A DNA stretch of 64,000 bases, taken from NCBI GenBank assembly GCA_963833985.1, contig CAWIAD010000002.1, positions 3,840,001 through 3,904,000 of the forward strand, in the 5' to 3' direction. Positions 43,380-55,241 of this stretch are shown in pieces. Made by a program: the position numbers and the translations under genes. The notes beneath the pieces are model-generated. The model did not search any database, was not told the origin of the DNA, and saw only the letters and a list, made by a program, of their open reading frames with translations. Source of the stretch: an uncultured Planctomycetaceae bacterium (GTDB lineage: Bacteria; Planctomycetota; Planctomycetia; Isosphaerales; Isosphaeraceae). How positions within the stretch are numbered: the first letter of the stretch is position 1; each line of letters begins with the position of its first letter.

Positions 43380-45056
43380 TCACTCGAAAAGCCCACTGCG
43401 GTGGCGTTTCTGGGTGCCGACGAAATCCAGAGGACCCATGCTGGTACCGCCAGACCCTGAGGCGATGCGAACGTTCCCCACCGGCGCGCCCGTATTGCTC
43501 TCGACCGTCAGCAGAGCTGCTGTGGTGGTGGCAGTACCCACGCTGTTGGTGAAGACCGCCTGGTAGAGGTAGCCGTTCTGGCTGAGCAAGGTGGTGAAGG
43601 TCAAGGTCGTGTTGATGGCGCCGGCGATGTCGGAATAGGTCGCGCCGCCGTCCGTACTGACCTGCCACTGCACGCTCGGCGTGGGAACACCCGAAGCCGC
43701 TGCCGTGAACGATGCCGGGTCGCCCTCGGTCACCGTGGTGCGGCTTGGATTCTGCGTCACCTGAGGCGGTGCGGTCGGGATCACCTTCAGCGTGGTCCGC
43801 CCGCTGGTGGCGGCACGTAGGTTCGAGTCGCCCGCATAGGCATAAGTAATCGTGTATTTGCCGACCGCCAGCGTACTCGTGTCCAGCGACGTGGAGAAAT
43901 TACCGTTGGTATCGACGGCCGTCGCCACAGACACCCCGCTCAGCGTGACGATCACGTATTCCCCGATCGGGTAGGCGGATCCCGTCCCGACGTGGCCCGA
44001 GACGGTCGTCGAGGACGTGCCAACCGCGATCGTCGTTGTCGGGGTCAGCAGGCTGAATGCGGAGTGTGCCTTGGCAATCGTCAGCTTGCCCACGAGGGTC
44101 GCGTTGTTGTAGTTCGGATCGGAGCTTGTGAAGGTTGCCAGCACGGTGTAGGTGCCCGCGTACGGCGATTGATTAGGAAAGCCGTCGTAGGCAAACGCGA
44201 AGCTGCCGCTGACCTGGGTGACGCCATCGGTGCCGACGGCCTTGGCCGAGATCGGCTGGTACTGGCCGGTGTAGGTGGCATTCGTCCCGCTCAGAGTCAG
44301 CTTGGGCGTGGAGAGATTGGTGCTGGCTGCGGAGACGTTGAACTGGATCGTCTGCGTGACCGAGCCGAGCGCGTTCGAGGCCTTGAACGTGATGTTGACC
44401 TGTCCCACTTCGCTGCTTGTAGGTGTAAAGCTCACGAAGCCTCGCTTGGGATCAATCGAAGCGGTCTTCGGCCCGGACAGGACGGAATATGTCAGCGGGT
44501 TTCCGGCCACGTAAAGCGTGATCTGGGTCGTCATTCCGGCGGTCGCCGCCACCGGGCCGTACGACTCGTAGCCGTTGCTCAACTGGTAATAGGTCGAACC
44601 GTATTTCAGGCTGGGCGCAATCCATGTCTCACCCGTGGCCGGCTGCGAGTCCAACGATGAGCCCGCGGCATTCAGCGCCGTGATCAAGTAGGTGTGACTG
44701 CTGCCGGAGACGAGTCCGGCCACGTCATACGAGTTCGTCGGCACGTTTGTGGCGACGCTGCCGTAAACGTAGTGACCGCCATGGGAGCCCTTGCCGCCTC
44801 CATTGACGACCCAGGTCCGCTCGGTCACGTCGTACCCCGTGATCGTCGGATCCTTCGAGGCATTCCAGGTGAGCATGATGTCGGAGGCCGAGGTGCCGGC
44901 TGCCACGACGCCGGAGGGGGGCAGAGGGATGGTGATGGTGAGCAACTCACGGCTCTCCAGCCGCTCCAAGTCCAGTCGATAGGCCGTGACGCGGCTCCGT
45001 TCCCGCGGCCGGCTGCCTGAACGGACGATCCGCGCAAAGATGTCCAACATCATCAT
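43380..45056 (-). CDS. Exported FN3/Ig-like repeat protein with planctomycete export motif
   Basis: LERLESRELLT motif, an FN3 domain, Thr/Ser-rich beta domains, and PTPSVQWQVSTDGG (Ig). Confidence 0.8.
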   Translation of the reverse strand: MMMLDIFARIVRSGSRPRERSRVTAYRLDLERLESRELLTITIPLPPSGVVAAGTSASDIMLTWNASKDPTITGYDVTERTWVVNGGGKGSHGGHYVYGSVATNVPTNSYDVAGLVSGSSHTYLITALNAAGSSLDSQPATGETWIAPSLKYGSTYYQLSNGYESYGPVAATAGMTTQITLYVAGNPLTYSVLSGPKTASIDPKRGFVSFTPTSSEVGQVNITFKASNALGSVTQTIQFNVSAASTNLSTPKLTLSGTNATYTGQYQPISAKAVGTDGVTQVSGSFAFAYDGFPNQSPYAGTYTVLATFTSSDPNYNNATLVGKLTIAKAHSAFSLLTPTTTIAVGTSSTTVSGHVGTGSAYPIGEYVIVTLSGVSVATAVDTNGNFSTSLDTSTLAVGKYTITYAYAGDSNLRAATSGRTTLKVIPTAPPQVTQNPSRTTVTEGDPASFTAAASGVPTPSVQWQVSTDGGATYSDIAGAINTTLTFTTLLSQNGYLYQAVFTNSVGTATTTAALLTVESNTGAPVGNVRIASGSGGTSMGPLDFVGTQKRHRSGLFE

Positions 45057-45636
45057 CGCTCCCTGGTTGAAGAGTCTCAGAGTAGTGTAAAGATGGGTCC
45101 GACCGAACTGATCTCGTCGACGGACTGTTCTCTGAGGTCATTCTGCTGGAAGCGCCCGCCAACGCGCGACCGCACATCCTACCGGCCACCAAACCACGAA
45201 TTCAAGAATATTTATTTTCGTTACCAATCAAGCAAACATTAACACTGTGTCGCATTCAGTTTTGCGAAGCGGAGACCCCTGGCGTCACACCTTCGGAGCG
45301 GCTCCAGGAGGGCGTGGCGACCACAACTGTCGCACTGGGGTCCGTCCGCCTTCCTGCTGCTCGACGGTCAGACCGCTGACCGCCTGACGCCCAGCGCGAT
45401 CGCACCACACGGCATGGAGCTTTGGATCGGGGGCCTTGGCATCGGGTAGACTCCTGAGAAGGGATGGGCTGATCCGCTTCGCAGGCGACCAGAGCCGGCA
45501 AGACTGGTTATCGCGCACGCTTACGGCAAGAATGCCAGGTCACATCACCGCCCGGACCTCTGGTATCCTCTGGTTGCCGTCTCAAGCGGACCGGTGGGCT
45601 CACCCGCAGTTGAACCTGCCCGATGCCTGCGCGCCA

Positions 45637-47982
45637 TCAGCGGCTTTTTTCACCGGCAGCGCATTCAAGCTCGAACCAGAAGACGTCGGGGCTCAGCGGG
45701 CCTGGCATCTTGCCGACAAGCCTGTCGCCGCTCAATTCCAACGTCAGGCTCTCGGGCGCCGTGAGCAGGTTGAAATCCGTCTCCAGCAACCTCTCGCGAC
45801 GCTGACCCGTCCCCTGCACAGGAAAGTACAAAAGAATGCGGCCCGTTCCTGGCTCTGCCATGATCTTACCTTTGAATTCACGCCCCCCGCCCGGGCGATT
45901 CGCATCGCGCAGGGTTGCCGTGACCGCAAGCGTACTGGGATTGCACGTGTTGATCTGGAGCGTGCAGGGGGTGGACTGGTACTTGAGGTGCGCAAGCTTC
46001 TTCTGACCTTCGCGGGTAATCAGCTGGCCGTATCGTATGGGCGGACCGTACGGCATGTGGAACGTCCATTTCCCCTGAAAAAGGGTGCCTGGTACCAATC
46101 GGGCAAGGAAGGCGTCGATTCCCGGGCGGCCCATTGCGGGGCCGGCCACGCCAGCCGTCGGCGTTGCGGTCGCCGGTCTCCCGTTGCTTTCCTCTCGCAG
46201 GAGCTGAACCGGGTCATCGATCAGGAGGTGGGCTCGGCGCGAGATCGGAGTCTGGCGGAACGAACGCCAGCACCCGCTGCGCGGTACGAACCTCCCAGAG
46301 GTCGGCTGGCAGCGTGAACCTGGAATTCCGAGGCGCTCTCCGCAGCATGGTCGCGGTCATGCCGCAACCCCCCCGGACGGCGACGCCAAGCTCCCAGCTG
46401 GCGCCTGCAAGTGCCTGATCCGGGAAGGGGAAGTTGCGAACGGCATGATGAGCCTGGGCCGACCAGAGTGAGGCTTGCACCGCGACCAGCCCGCCAAGAC
46501 TTGCCAGCCACTCGAACGACGCCGGCCGTTCCGTTCCATTTGCCCAATCGCGCAGGATCGGCGTTGACTGGCCGATTGTCCATGGCCTTGCACTCGCGGT
46601 TCTGCTCGACCCCCATTGCCAGGCGAATCTCCTGGCCCGCTTGCCACTCCGGAATGAAGCAGACCTCAAACACCGACGGTTCCGGCGCGGTTGCGAAGTG
46701 AAGCAGCTCCAGGACCAGTGTGACATCGGTCAGTGTCTGGCCGCTCGTGTTTGCGACCGTGAACTTCCCCGGTGATTTGCCGGCCGCATCGGGAGCCGTG
46801 ATCCGGAACTGGATCAGTTCGTTGCTTTCCGGGCTGCCACGATAGATGTCGGGCAACTTCGCCACAATCGCGTTCCAACAATCAAGACGTGCCGTCTCCA
46901 TGGCGGCGTCCAATGCGGCACGCTTCCGGCCTGGGCGCTTGCCTTGTCGCTCTTCGAAGCCTCCTCGGCACGCGCACTCGCATTTTCATAACTATCGAAA
47001 CTACCTCGGTCGGCATTCTTGTCATAAGTGAATTTTCTCGGCACTTCGACCGCCTCATCAATCTTCCTGGCGGCGTCGATGGCCTCCTGGTTCCCGGCTT
47101 CAAGTCGAGCCACTGCTTCCTTCACGACCGGCTCACGAGCACCCTTGAGTTTTGGGATCACGCCCGTGAGCTGCTCACATGCCGGAGCTCCGTTGGCCAG
47201 GCTGGGAGTCCCGCCACGATGAGTCAGGTTTGACTTGCCGGCGTCAATGCCAAACGCGAACCGCGCACCATCGCCCCCGCGATAGATGTTCGAGAGCGCT
47301 TTCGCGAGCCTGGAGTATTCTTCGGACGGTGCGGACGGCGGGCGAGTTGCAATGCTCGGCATCTGGGCTATCACCGGCGCCGGATCTTGCATTCCGGCCG
47401 TTCCCCTTGCCGCCGGGGCCGGCACTTCACTACTGGACCAGGACGTGCGAGCCGTGGCGGCGCCTTGGCGAGCGGTGGGTTAGAGGACTGCTGATCCACT
47501 CCCTCCTGTTCCACGGAACTCTCCGGCATGAGGATCCAGAGAGCGGGGACGGCGACGGCGACTGTCAGCAGTGCCGCCCCGGCGCTGAGCCGGACCCAGC
47601 GCGAGCCGAACTGGCCCTGCTCGCCCGGCGAGACCGTTACCACGGGCTTGAGTTCGGGAACAGATTCCGGTTTCGCACAGTTAACGTTGGACGCAGGCGG
47701 AGGCTCGACGGGGTGGTAAGAGCCCGGCGCCGAAGTCTTTGCCGCGGGCGCGCTCGGTGTCGTGATGGGCGCCGAAGTCTTTGCCGCAGGCGCGCTCGGT
47801 GTCATGATCGGCGCTGGTAACAACCCTTCGACCATGGAAGCCGGTAACCACCGCGTCGTCCCCTCCTTCCGCACCTTATCCCCGGGTCCGATCTTGCCGC
47901 TTGCGGCCAGCTTCTTCAGCTCTCCCGACGTCAACGGCCCGAAGTCCTGGTCGCCCTGGATCAAGTACCACTGAGTCGCCAT
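45637..47982 (-). CDS. GYF_2 (DUF4339) domain membrane protein, multiply frameshifted (3' end uncertain)
   Basis: WY..GDQDFGPLTSGELKKLAASGKIGPGDKVRKEG..W, then a TM helix. Overlapping ORFs 47371.., 46814.., 46221.. and 45637.. Confidence 0.6.
47726..47814. repeat. 42-bp in-frame tandem duplication (API[M/T]TPSAPAAKTS x2)
   Basis: Direct repeat GGCGCCGAAGTCTTTGCCGC... in the linker region. Confidence 0.85.
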
Positions 47983-48410
47983 GAAAACGACCCCTTGTAC
48001 TATGGAAATGGAGTCTGGTCGGCAGAGCTCCCGATCGCGCGGACCGGGAGCGACATCGCTCAGACAAAGCGCGCTCTGGCACTCGCGAGATGGACGCGAC
48101 CCGGTCAAGCCCTGAGGCCATGCTGCCGTGGTCCGAGGCTGCCGTGAGGAATCCGACTCAACATACCGTGATGTCAGCGACCTTGCAAGAACCCGATGCG
48201 GGATGGAGGGGCCAGATCATACGTCGTTGGCTGCTTGCGGTGCTCGGCCGATGCCGATGGACGTAGCTTCCGTCCGCCCCAGTTCCAGTCCTCCCGCTCG
48301 GCCAGTCGGCCCTAGCTCGCCGGCTGTCCAGCCTCTCCGCTGCGGCTCGCTTATTGACTCCATTCTGGAATGCGGCCACCCGGAAGCCGGCGCAATCCCA
48401 CGGCACCCCC

Positions 48411-48559
48411 GACTCTCTCTCCTTCGTGAATTCTGACAGTCCTCTGCTTGCCCGACCACCACATCCACACGCTTCAATCCAGCGACTGGTAGCCGACCGC
48501 CTCGGCTATGTGCTGGGGCTGGATCTCGGTGGAGTCTTCCAGGCCGGCGATCGTGCGCG
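48411..48559 (-). pseudogene. comM: comM 3'-end remnant plus 48 nt of downstream sequence
   Basis: The reverse complement aligns without gaps to 13221..13369, about 130/149 identical by hand count. Translates as RTIAGLEDSTEIQPQHIAEAVGYQSLD*. Confidence 0.88.
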
Positions 48560-49180
48560 AGAGGCGCTGCGGGGATCGTTGATCTCGGGCCTGTCCACGC
48601 TGATCAGCCTGATGGCCTCGGAATGGCCCTTCACCCGCACCACGACCGTTCCGCCATCGAGAACCTCGATGAGCGCGCCATCAGTCGCTGGACGGGAAGC
48701 CGACCGATGCAGCCCGCGAGCGGCTCTGGCCTCACACGAATGGAGAGGTCAGTGAGGCGCACTGTCTTTCCCCGTCGATCGTGAGCTTCAGGTCGTTCTT
48801 GATGATCTACCGAGGTCCCAGAAGTGCGAGGCGCGGGTCGTTCAATTTGTCCTATAGAATAGACCGCGATCCCCTCCTCCAGAGGGATCTGGAATGGCCC
48901 TTCCCCTCTGTGAATCGCGGCTCCCGGCCCGGTTCCGATGAATCCAAAAATTTGCAAGCCGAAGCACGTCTTGAGTTGACTTGCTGCCGTCGCGGCAAGG
49001 AGAGGCGCCTATGGGTTCTGTGGATGGCTTTACCTTGCCTGGAGGAATGTCGTAGTGTGGTGCACTTCCGCTCGATGGTCCGCCACGGGGTACGACGCAG
49101 CCCGCCTGGCCAGAATCGCAGGGGAAGCGATCTCCCCGCGACCATCGAGCGCCGGCCCGGCGTTCGTCAGGATCAACCGG

Positions 49181-50716
49181 ATGCAATGGTTCTCTTCCCC
49201 CTGGTTCCAGCGCAAGCCCGTCGGCCAGCTCATTCACGAGATGAACTCCGGCGACCGGCTGCACCGCAAGCTGGGGCCGCTGGCCCTCATGTCGCTGGGC
49301 ATCGGCGCGACGATCGGCACCGGGCTCTATGTCTCCACGGGCATCATCGCCCGCGACGTGGCCGGTCCCTCGCTCATGGTCTCATTCCTGCTGGCCGCAG
49401 TGGGATGCGGTCTGGCGGCGCTCTGCTACTCGGAGCTGGCCAGCATGGTCCCGGTGGCAGGCAGTGCATACACCTACGCGTATGCCACGCTCGGTGAGCT
49501 GGTCGCCTGGATCATTGGCTGGGACCTCATCCTCGAGTACGCGATCGGTTCCTGCTACGTGGCCAACGGCTGGTCGAGCTACTTCGATTCGCTGCTCCAG
49601 CATGTCTTCCACCTCCAGCTTGACCCGCGGCTCCTGTTCTCGCCCTGGAATTACGACGTCCAGAAAGGCCAGTTCGTCCTCCAGCTCGTCACCTTGTCAG
49701 ACGGAACGCAGGCGGTGGCGTGGTTCAATCTCCCCGCGGTGGTTATCACCATGCTCATCACGGGCGTGCTGGTCGTGGGCATCGAGGAGAGCGCGGGGTT
49801 CAACGCCGCCATGGTGGTCGTCAATGTGGGTGTGGTCCTCACGGTCATCGGCGTGGGGGCCGCGTATATCGACCCGGCCAACTGGCGGCCGTTCCTGCAC
49901 AAGGACACCGGCTACAGCGGCATCGCACTGGGCGCAGCGCGGATCTTCATCGCGTACGTTGGTTTCGATTCCATCTCGACCCACGCCGAGGAGGCGCGCA
50001 AGCCCCAGCGGGATGTGGCCCTGGGCATCATGGGAGCGCTGCTCATCTGCACGGTGCTCTACGTCGCGGTTGCGGCCGTGCTCACGGGCATGATGCCGTA
50101 CACGGAAATCAACGAGGCGGCGCCGCTGGCCGCGGCCCTACAGTCCAAGGGGCTCAGCTTTGCCGGCACCATGGTCACGCTGGGAATCCTGGCGGGCATG
50201 ACCAGCTCGCTTCTGGTCGGCAACCTCAGCCAGCCGCGGATCCTGCTGGCGATGGCGCGCGACGGCCTGCTGCCACTCTCTTTCTTTGGAGCTGTCCATC
50301 CCCGGTTCAAGACTCCCTGGAAATCGACGATCCTGGTGGGCCTGGTGGTCGCGGCCGGAGGCGCACTGGCGCCACTGGGGTTCCTGGCCGAGCTGGTGAG
50401 CATTGGCACCCTCTTCGCGTTCGTCATCGTCTCGGCCGCGATCTGGATTCTCAGGATCACCGACCCGGATGTTCCCCGCCCGTTCCGCGTCCGGATCGCC
50501 CCGGTGGTGTCCATCTGCGGCGTGCTGGTCAACGGGGGCCTGATGTTCTCACTGGGCCGGGACAACTGGATTCGCCTGTTCGTCTGGCTGGTGATCGGCC
50601 TGTGCATCTACGTGGGCTACAGCCGGCACCACTCGGCCCTGAGCCGCAGGCTCAGCGCGGCACCGCAGGAAGAAGGGCCGCCCATCGCGGTCGCCGCGCC
50701 CGCCACGCAGGATTGA
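49181..50716 (+). CDS. APC-family amino acid permease
   Basis: GIGATIGTG, CYSELAS, GSAYTYAY, GWDLILEY, GFDSIST.AEE and QPRI motifs. Confidence 0.93.
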   Translation: MQWFSSPWFQRKPVGQLIHEMNSGDRLHRKLGPLALMSLGIGATIGTGLYVSTGIIARDVAGPSLMVSFLLAAVGCGLAALCYSELASMVPVAGSAYTYAYATLGELVAWIIGWDLILEYAIGSCYVANGWSSYFDSLLQHVFHLQLDPRLLFSPWNYDVQKGQFVLQLVTLSDGTQAVAWFNLPAVVITMLITGVLVVGIEESAGFNAAMVVVNVGVVLTVIGVGAAYIDPANWRPFLHKDTGYSGIALGAARIFIAYVGFDSISTHAEEARKPQRDVALGIMGALLICTVLYVAVAAVLTGMMPYTEINEAAPLAAALQSKGLSFAGTMVTLGILAGMTSSLLVGNLSQPRILLAMARDGLLPLSFFGAVHPRFKTPWKSTILVGLVVAAGGALAPLGFLAELVSIGTLFAFVIVSAAIWILRITDPDVPRPFRVRIAPVVSICGVLVNGGLMFSLGRDNWIRLFVWLVIGLCIYVGYSRHHSALSRRLSAAPQEEGPPIAVAAPATQD

Positions 50717-50761
50717 TCGATCCGGCCGGAGATCGAACAATCATGGAGTGGAGGTGTCCCC

Positions 50762-53700
50762 GTGATGACCAATCCCGTTTCCCTGTCCCGGCGGCTCCGC
50801 GCCGGGCTCGTCCTGGTGCTTGCCCCGCTCTGCAACGGCGCGGCCGGCCAGCCGCGTGAGATCGCCGCGGGCAGCGACCGCCTTTTGATCGCGCCTGGCG
50901 AGGTCCGAACATGGCCGCTCGGCGAGCTGGCGTGCGGGCAGACCTACCGGATCCTGGCCTGGGTTGATCAGGCTCCGCTCGATGCCGGCGAACGTGTCCG
51001 CGTCGAGATCCGTGGCGCGAGCCTTGAACCGATGAGCAAGTGGCTGCACGCCGGTGATCCGGACCTGCTGCTCTGCATCCGCCCCTCCGGAACCGGTGTC
51101 GCCAGCCTCTCCCTTTCGCGCGATGCGCTCTCCGGCCGGTTGCCTGTCGCAGTGCGGATCGACTGCCAATCACTGGCGCTGGGCACATCGGACCGCGCCG
51201 CAGTGGAGGCCGAGCCCAACAATACCTGGCGAGATGCGAACCCTCTGGTCCTCGGCCGCGACGTCTACGGCACCGCGGACGACGTGGATTACCTGGAGAA
51301 CCGAGACGAGGGCAAACAGGGGCTCGACTGGTTCCGCTTCGAGGTTCAGGGTCCCGATCACATCCTCGTCGACTTCGAGCTCGAGCTGCTCGACCGGGAT
51401 GTCTCGGCCAACCTGGCGGTTTACACCCTGAACCCCGCCAGCGGCGTGCCGGAACCTTATCTTGCGGGGAAGGATCCCATGGAGGTGATCCACGACCGCG
51501 AGCGCGCTGCGCTATTCCAAGCACATCACGCGAACCTTCACCCGGGGCACATTCTATCTCGAGGTCAATGCCAACCACCCTGCCTACATCCTCCGCACGC
51601 GGGTCTTGCCGGTGCCGCCCTACGATGACCCCGGCCGGGCCGTCGAGGTGGGGGCGAACTACCTCGTGAACACTGGCGACGCCTGGTTCGCGCAGGTGCC
51701 TCGCGCGGGGAATATCTTCATTCGTGGCGACAATATCCACGACACCGGCACGCGCTGCACCGGATGCCACGCCGCCAGCTTCCCGGCCGAGGCCAGCCTG
51801 GCGGCCCATCGTCAAGGCTACCCCATCGCGTCAAAGCCGGAGCTCCAGTACCTCATCGATCGCCTGTCCAGCTCGGTCACGCCGCTCCCTGGCGATCTCG
51901 GCCTGTACTGGCAGCGCTTCATCGCCACTCCGCTTGTGGCACAGGGCCAGCAAGGAGGAATTCTGGCGGACTTCGAGCACCAGGTGACGGGCCGCCAGAG
52001 CCCCATCCTGGAGCGGTTCGGGCCGTTCTTGAAAACCGCGTGGGAGAACCGGCGCGATCTGCCTGCGGATGAGGCCAACGGTGTCATTCCGCTGGAGAGC
52101 AAGTTCGAGCTGGCCTGGCGCGGCTGGCGGGTTCTCTCCGAGTCTCGCGCGACGGACGGGCGATCCGAACGATGCACGAGCGGCGGACAATATCGCGCGC
52201 ATCCTGGGCGAGCGCAAGACCGACCTGCGCAGCGAGAACCTTCAGGACCGCATTCACCGGCTGCACTGCTGGAGGCTGATCGACCCGAACCGGTTTGCCA
52301 ACAAGATCAAGCGCGAGACAGCGCCCTGCTGTCGCTCCAGAACCCCGACGGCGGCTGGCACGAGTCCGACGCCGGCCCCGGCCCAAGCGCGGTCTACGTC
52401 ACGGGTCAGCTCGTGGACGTCTTCCTTCAGATTGGCCTGCCACGCGACCACCCGGCCATTGTCCGGGCACTCCGCTACTTGCTCCAGCAGCAGCAGGACT
52501 TCGGCGGCTGGTTCCAGGACACCACGCACGAAACCTTCCGCACCCCCATGCGCGAAACGCGGCACGCCGTCATGGCGCTGGCGCGGGCTTTCCCGCGCGG
52601 CGCCGCGCCCTTGACTTCCTGGGGCAACCGCGACAACGGCCCGGCCCGGCTCCCCCGTACGGATTCGCTGGTGCACACCCTCGACGACCTGGAGAACCTC
52701 TGGGACGTTCCAGCGGCCGATCAGCCGCGCTACGCCAACACGATTGCCCGCTTGCTCGCCGATGCCGAGCCCCTGGTGCGCGCAACGGCCGCAGCCTGCC
52801 TGGGACGGCTCAATTGCAAGCAGGCCGCCGCTCCGCTCGTCCGCGCGCTGGCCGATCCCTCCAAGGTCGTCTGGCGGTCGGCGGCCTGGGCGCTGCGGCA
52901 CCTGGGCAATCAGGGGATCGGCGTGGAAGCCATCAAGCAGGCCCTGGACGATGCGGATCCGCGGATCCGCCGTGGAGCGGTGCGGGTCTTCGCGTACCAG
53001 TTCCAGGCCCTGGACCAGCGCGTTGACCTGGCGGCAAAGCTGATCGAACGCACGGCCGACGCGGACCTCTGGACCCGGCTCCAGGCCATCCGCAGCCTGC
53101 GGCAGTGGTTCTACCGCACGAGTGATGCCGGACTGCAACGCAAGATCATTGACGCTTACCTCGCGCGCATGGCCGAGCCGGACGTTCCGGTGCTGCGCAA
53201 GAACCTCAGCGAGGGGCTGTACATCATGTTCGATGAGAACCTGGGCGGTGGCATCAGCCTCCAGAAGAACATCGCCGAGCTTCCCGAGGCGCTGCGGCCG
53301 CGCGTGCTGGAGGGTCGCAAACGGCTGGAGCGAACTGTGCTCATTGGCCCCATCCTGGTCGCCCTGGAGCACGGCAACCTGCTCCAGCGCACTGCGGTGT
53401 TGCAGGCGTTCGATGGCTCGTTCCTCCCTGGCCGCAGCTACGCCCGGCAGCCCGAGAATGCGGTCGACATCGGCAATGACCGCGAGTTCGGCTTCCTGGA
53501 CGAGCCTCCCCTGGACCAGCTCGAGCGCACCTTCACCGCGCTCTTCGCGGCCGGCCTTCCCCCGCGGGCCAGGCGCCAGGCCATCCAGCTTTGCAGCTTC
53601 TTCAAGGTCCCGCAGAGGACGAGCACCCCCGCCATCCAGGCGTTCCTGCTCGCCGCGCTGGGGGACGAGGACCCTGGCGTTCGATCTGCGGCCGCGAATG

Positions 53701-54927
53701 TCGTGGGCCGGGAGCTGAGCCTCGAGGGAGTGGCCGGCGACGCGGAACGAACCGGGCGGATCGCCCGCATTCTCAATCATCCGCCAGCACCGGAGGCCCG
53801 TGCCGCGGTCATCGCCGCGCTCGGCCGCGACAGCCGCCTGGCCGATACGCCCGCCATCAAGATCGCGGTGCGCGGGTCGCTGCTGCGCGAGCAAAGCGCG
53901 GGCGGACTGCTCGCGTGGCTCGACCGGCCCGGGCTGGCCGACGAGGATCGCCTCACTCTGATCGATCAGGCCTGGAGCCGCTTTACGGCCCGGGAGCGAA
54001 TCGCGGCCCTCGATTCTCTGTTCGCCCGCCCGCAGCTCCTGGGCTCTGCCGGGCCCGGGAATCACGTACTCGAGCTGCTCGGCCATGCGGCCGCCGATCC
54101 CTCGGCGACGGTCCGCGAGCGCTTGTTCCAGGGACTCGGCAACTTGCCGACGCTGGGGTCGAGCCCGCAGGCCGCTCGTTTGCTGCTCGCGGCGCTGGCC
54201 GATGACGCTCCGGCCATCCGCAGGCTGGGCCTGGCGCGGACGGCCTCGCGCTCCTCGTTCTGGGACCGGCCCGACGCCCGCGAGTACCTCACGCGCCTGC
54301 TCGTCGACCCCGACGCCGCGGTGCGCTCGGACGCCCTGGACGTGGTGAAGCACCAGCGCCTGGTGGCCAGGTTTCCCGCGCTGGCGAACCGTGTGCGGGC
54401 CCTGGCCGACGACCCGGCGCTGGCGGCACGTGCCGAGGCCGTCATCCGAGCCGCCGGCATGGACCCGGCCGTCATGCACGCGGACGTCTCTCTGCTCAGG
54501 CCCGGAAGTCCTAGCCTGGAGGTCTTCGCGCGCACGGTGAACCCGCTGTTTTACGAGCCCGGCGAGGATTCGTACTCCTGTGCCCGCTGCCACGCGAACC
54601 ACACGATCCTGCGGATCGTGGAAGCGAAACCGGCCGGCGGGCTCACCCAGGAGCAAATCCTGGTCAACTACCACTCAGCGCCTCAAGGTGCTGAACCTGG
54701 GCAAGCCGGAATCCAGCCTGATCCTGCGCAAGCCGCTCAGCCCGCACGGCCAGGGCGGAACCGACCCCGCCAGCCCGACCGGTCTGACTCACGTGGGCGG
54801 CCCGCGCTGGGACAGCACCGACCACCCCGCATACAGGGCCATCCTCGACTGGATTCGCGCAGCGACACCCGTCTCCGGAGCAGCGCCGAACCGTGACCGC
54901 GAGGGGCCCGCTCACCGCGGCCCATGA
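50762..54927 (+). CDS. Large exported protein with a beta-sandwich/PPC-like N-terminus, CxxCH, QW-type repeats, HEAT repeats and a C-terminal CxxCH (frameshifted)
   Basis: Signal peptide, EAEPNN..DWFRF, CTGCH, QNPDGGW, QQDFGGW, LAD.EPLVR-type repeats, CARCH and PESSLILRKP..HVGG. Confidence 0.7.
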
Positions 54928-55241
54928 TGGAGCCGCGTGACCGGCTGACCCGCGGCACTTGCGAAGCATTTTCCAACTAATATAGAATATAACTAGTTAG
55001 TAATAAAGCTAACTTCGAGTTTCTCAAGAGAGTCGATTCCCGAGCTCAAGGAAGGAAGCGGATGAATACCTGGCCACCGGACCGCCTGGAGTGGTGATTG
55101 TCCCGCGAGAGCGCGGCGCGCGGGTCCACTACGAATCACGGCGGGGGTTGCCTATACTTAGATCGTATGCAGGTTTGCGTGGGAGTCAGGATCTCGCCCG
55201 ACCCGGTTGAGAGCCCTCTTCCCGAGGAGTGGTCCGAGCCT

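Noticed and set aside
54951..54968. Sigma-54 promoter (GG-N10-GC)
   Set aside because: Poor match to TGGCAC-N5-TTGC and expected by chance in GC-rich DNA.
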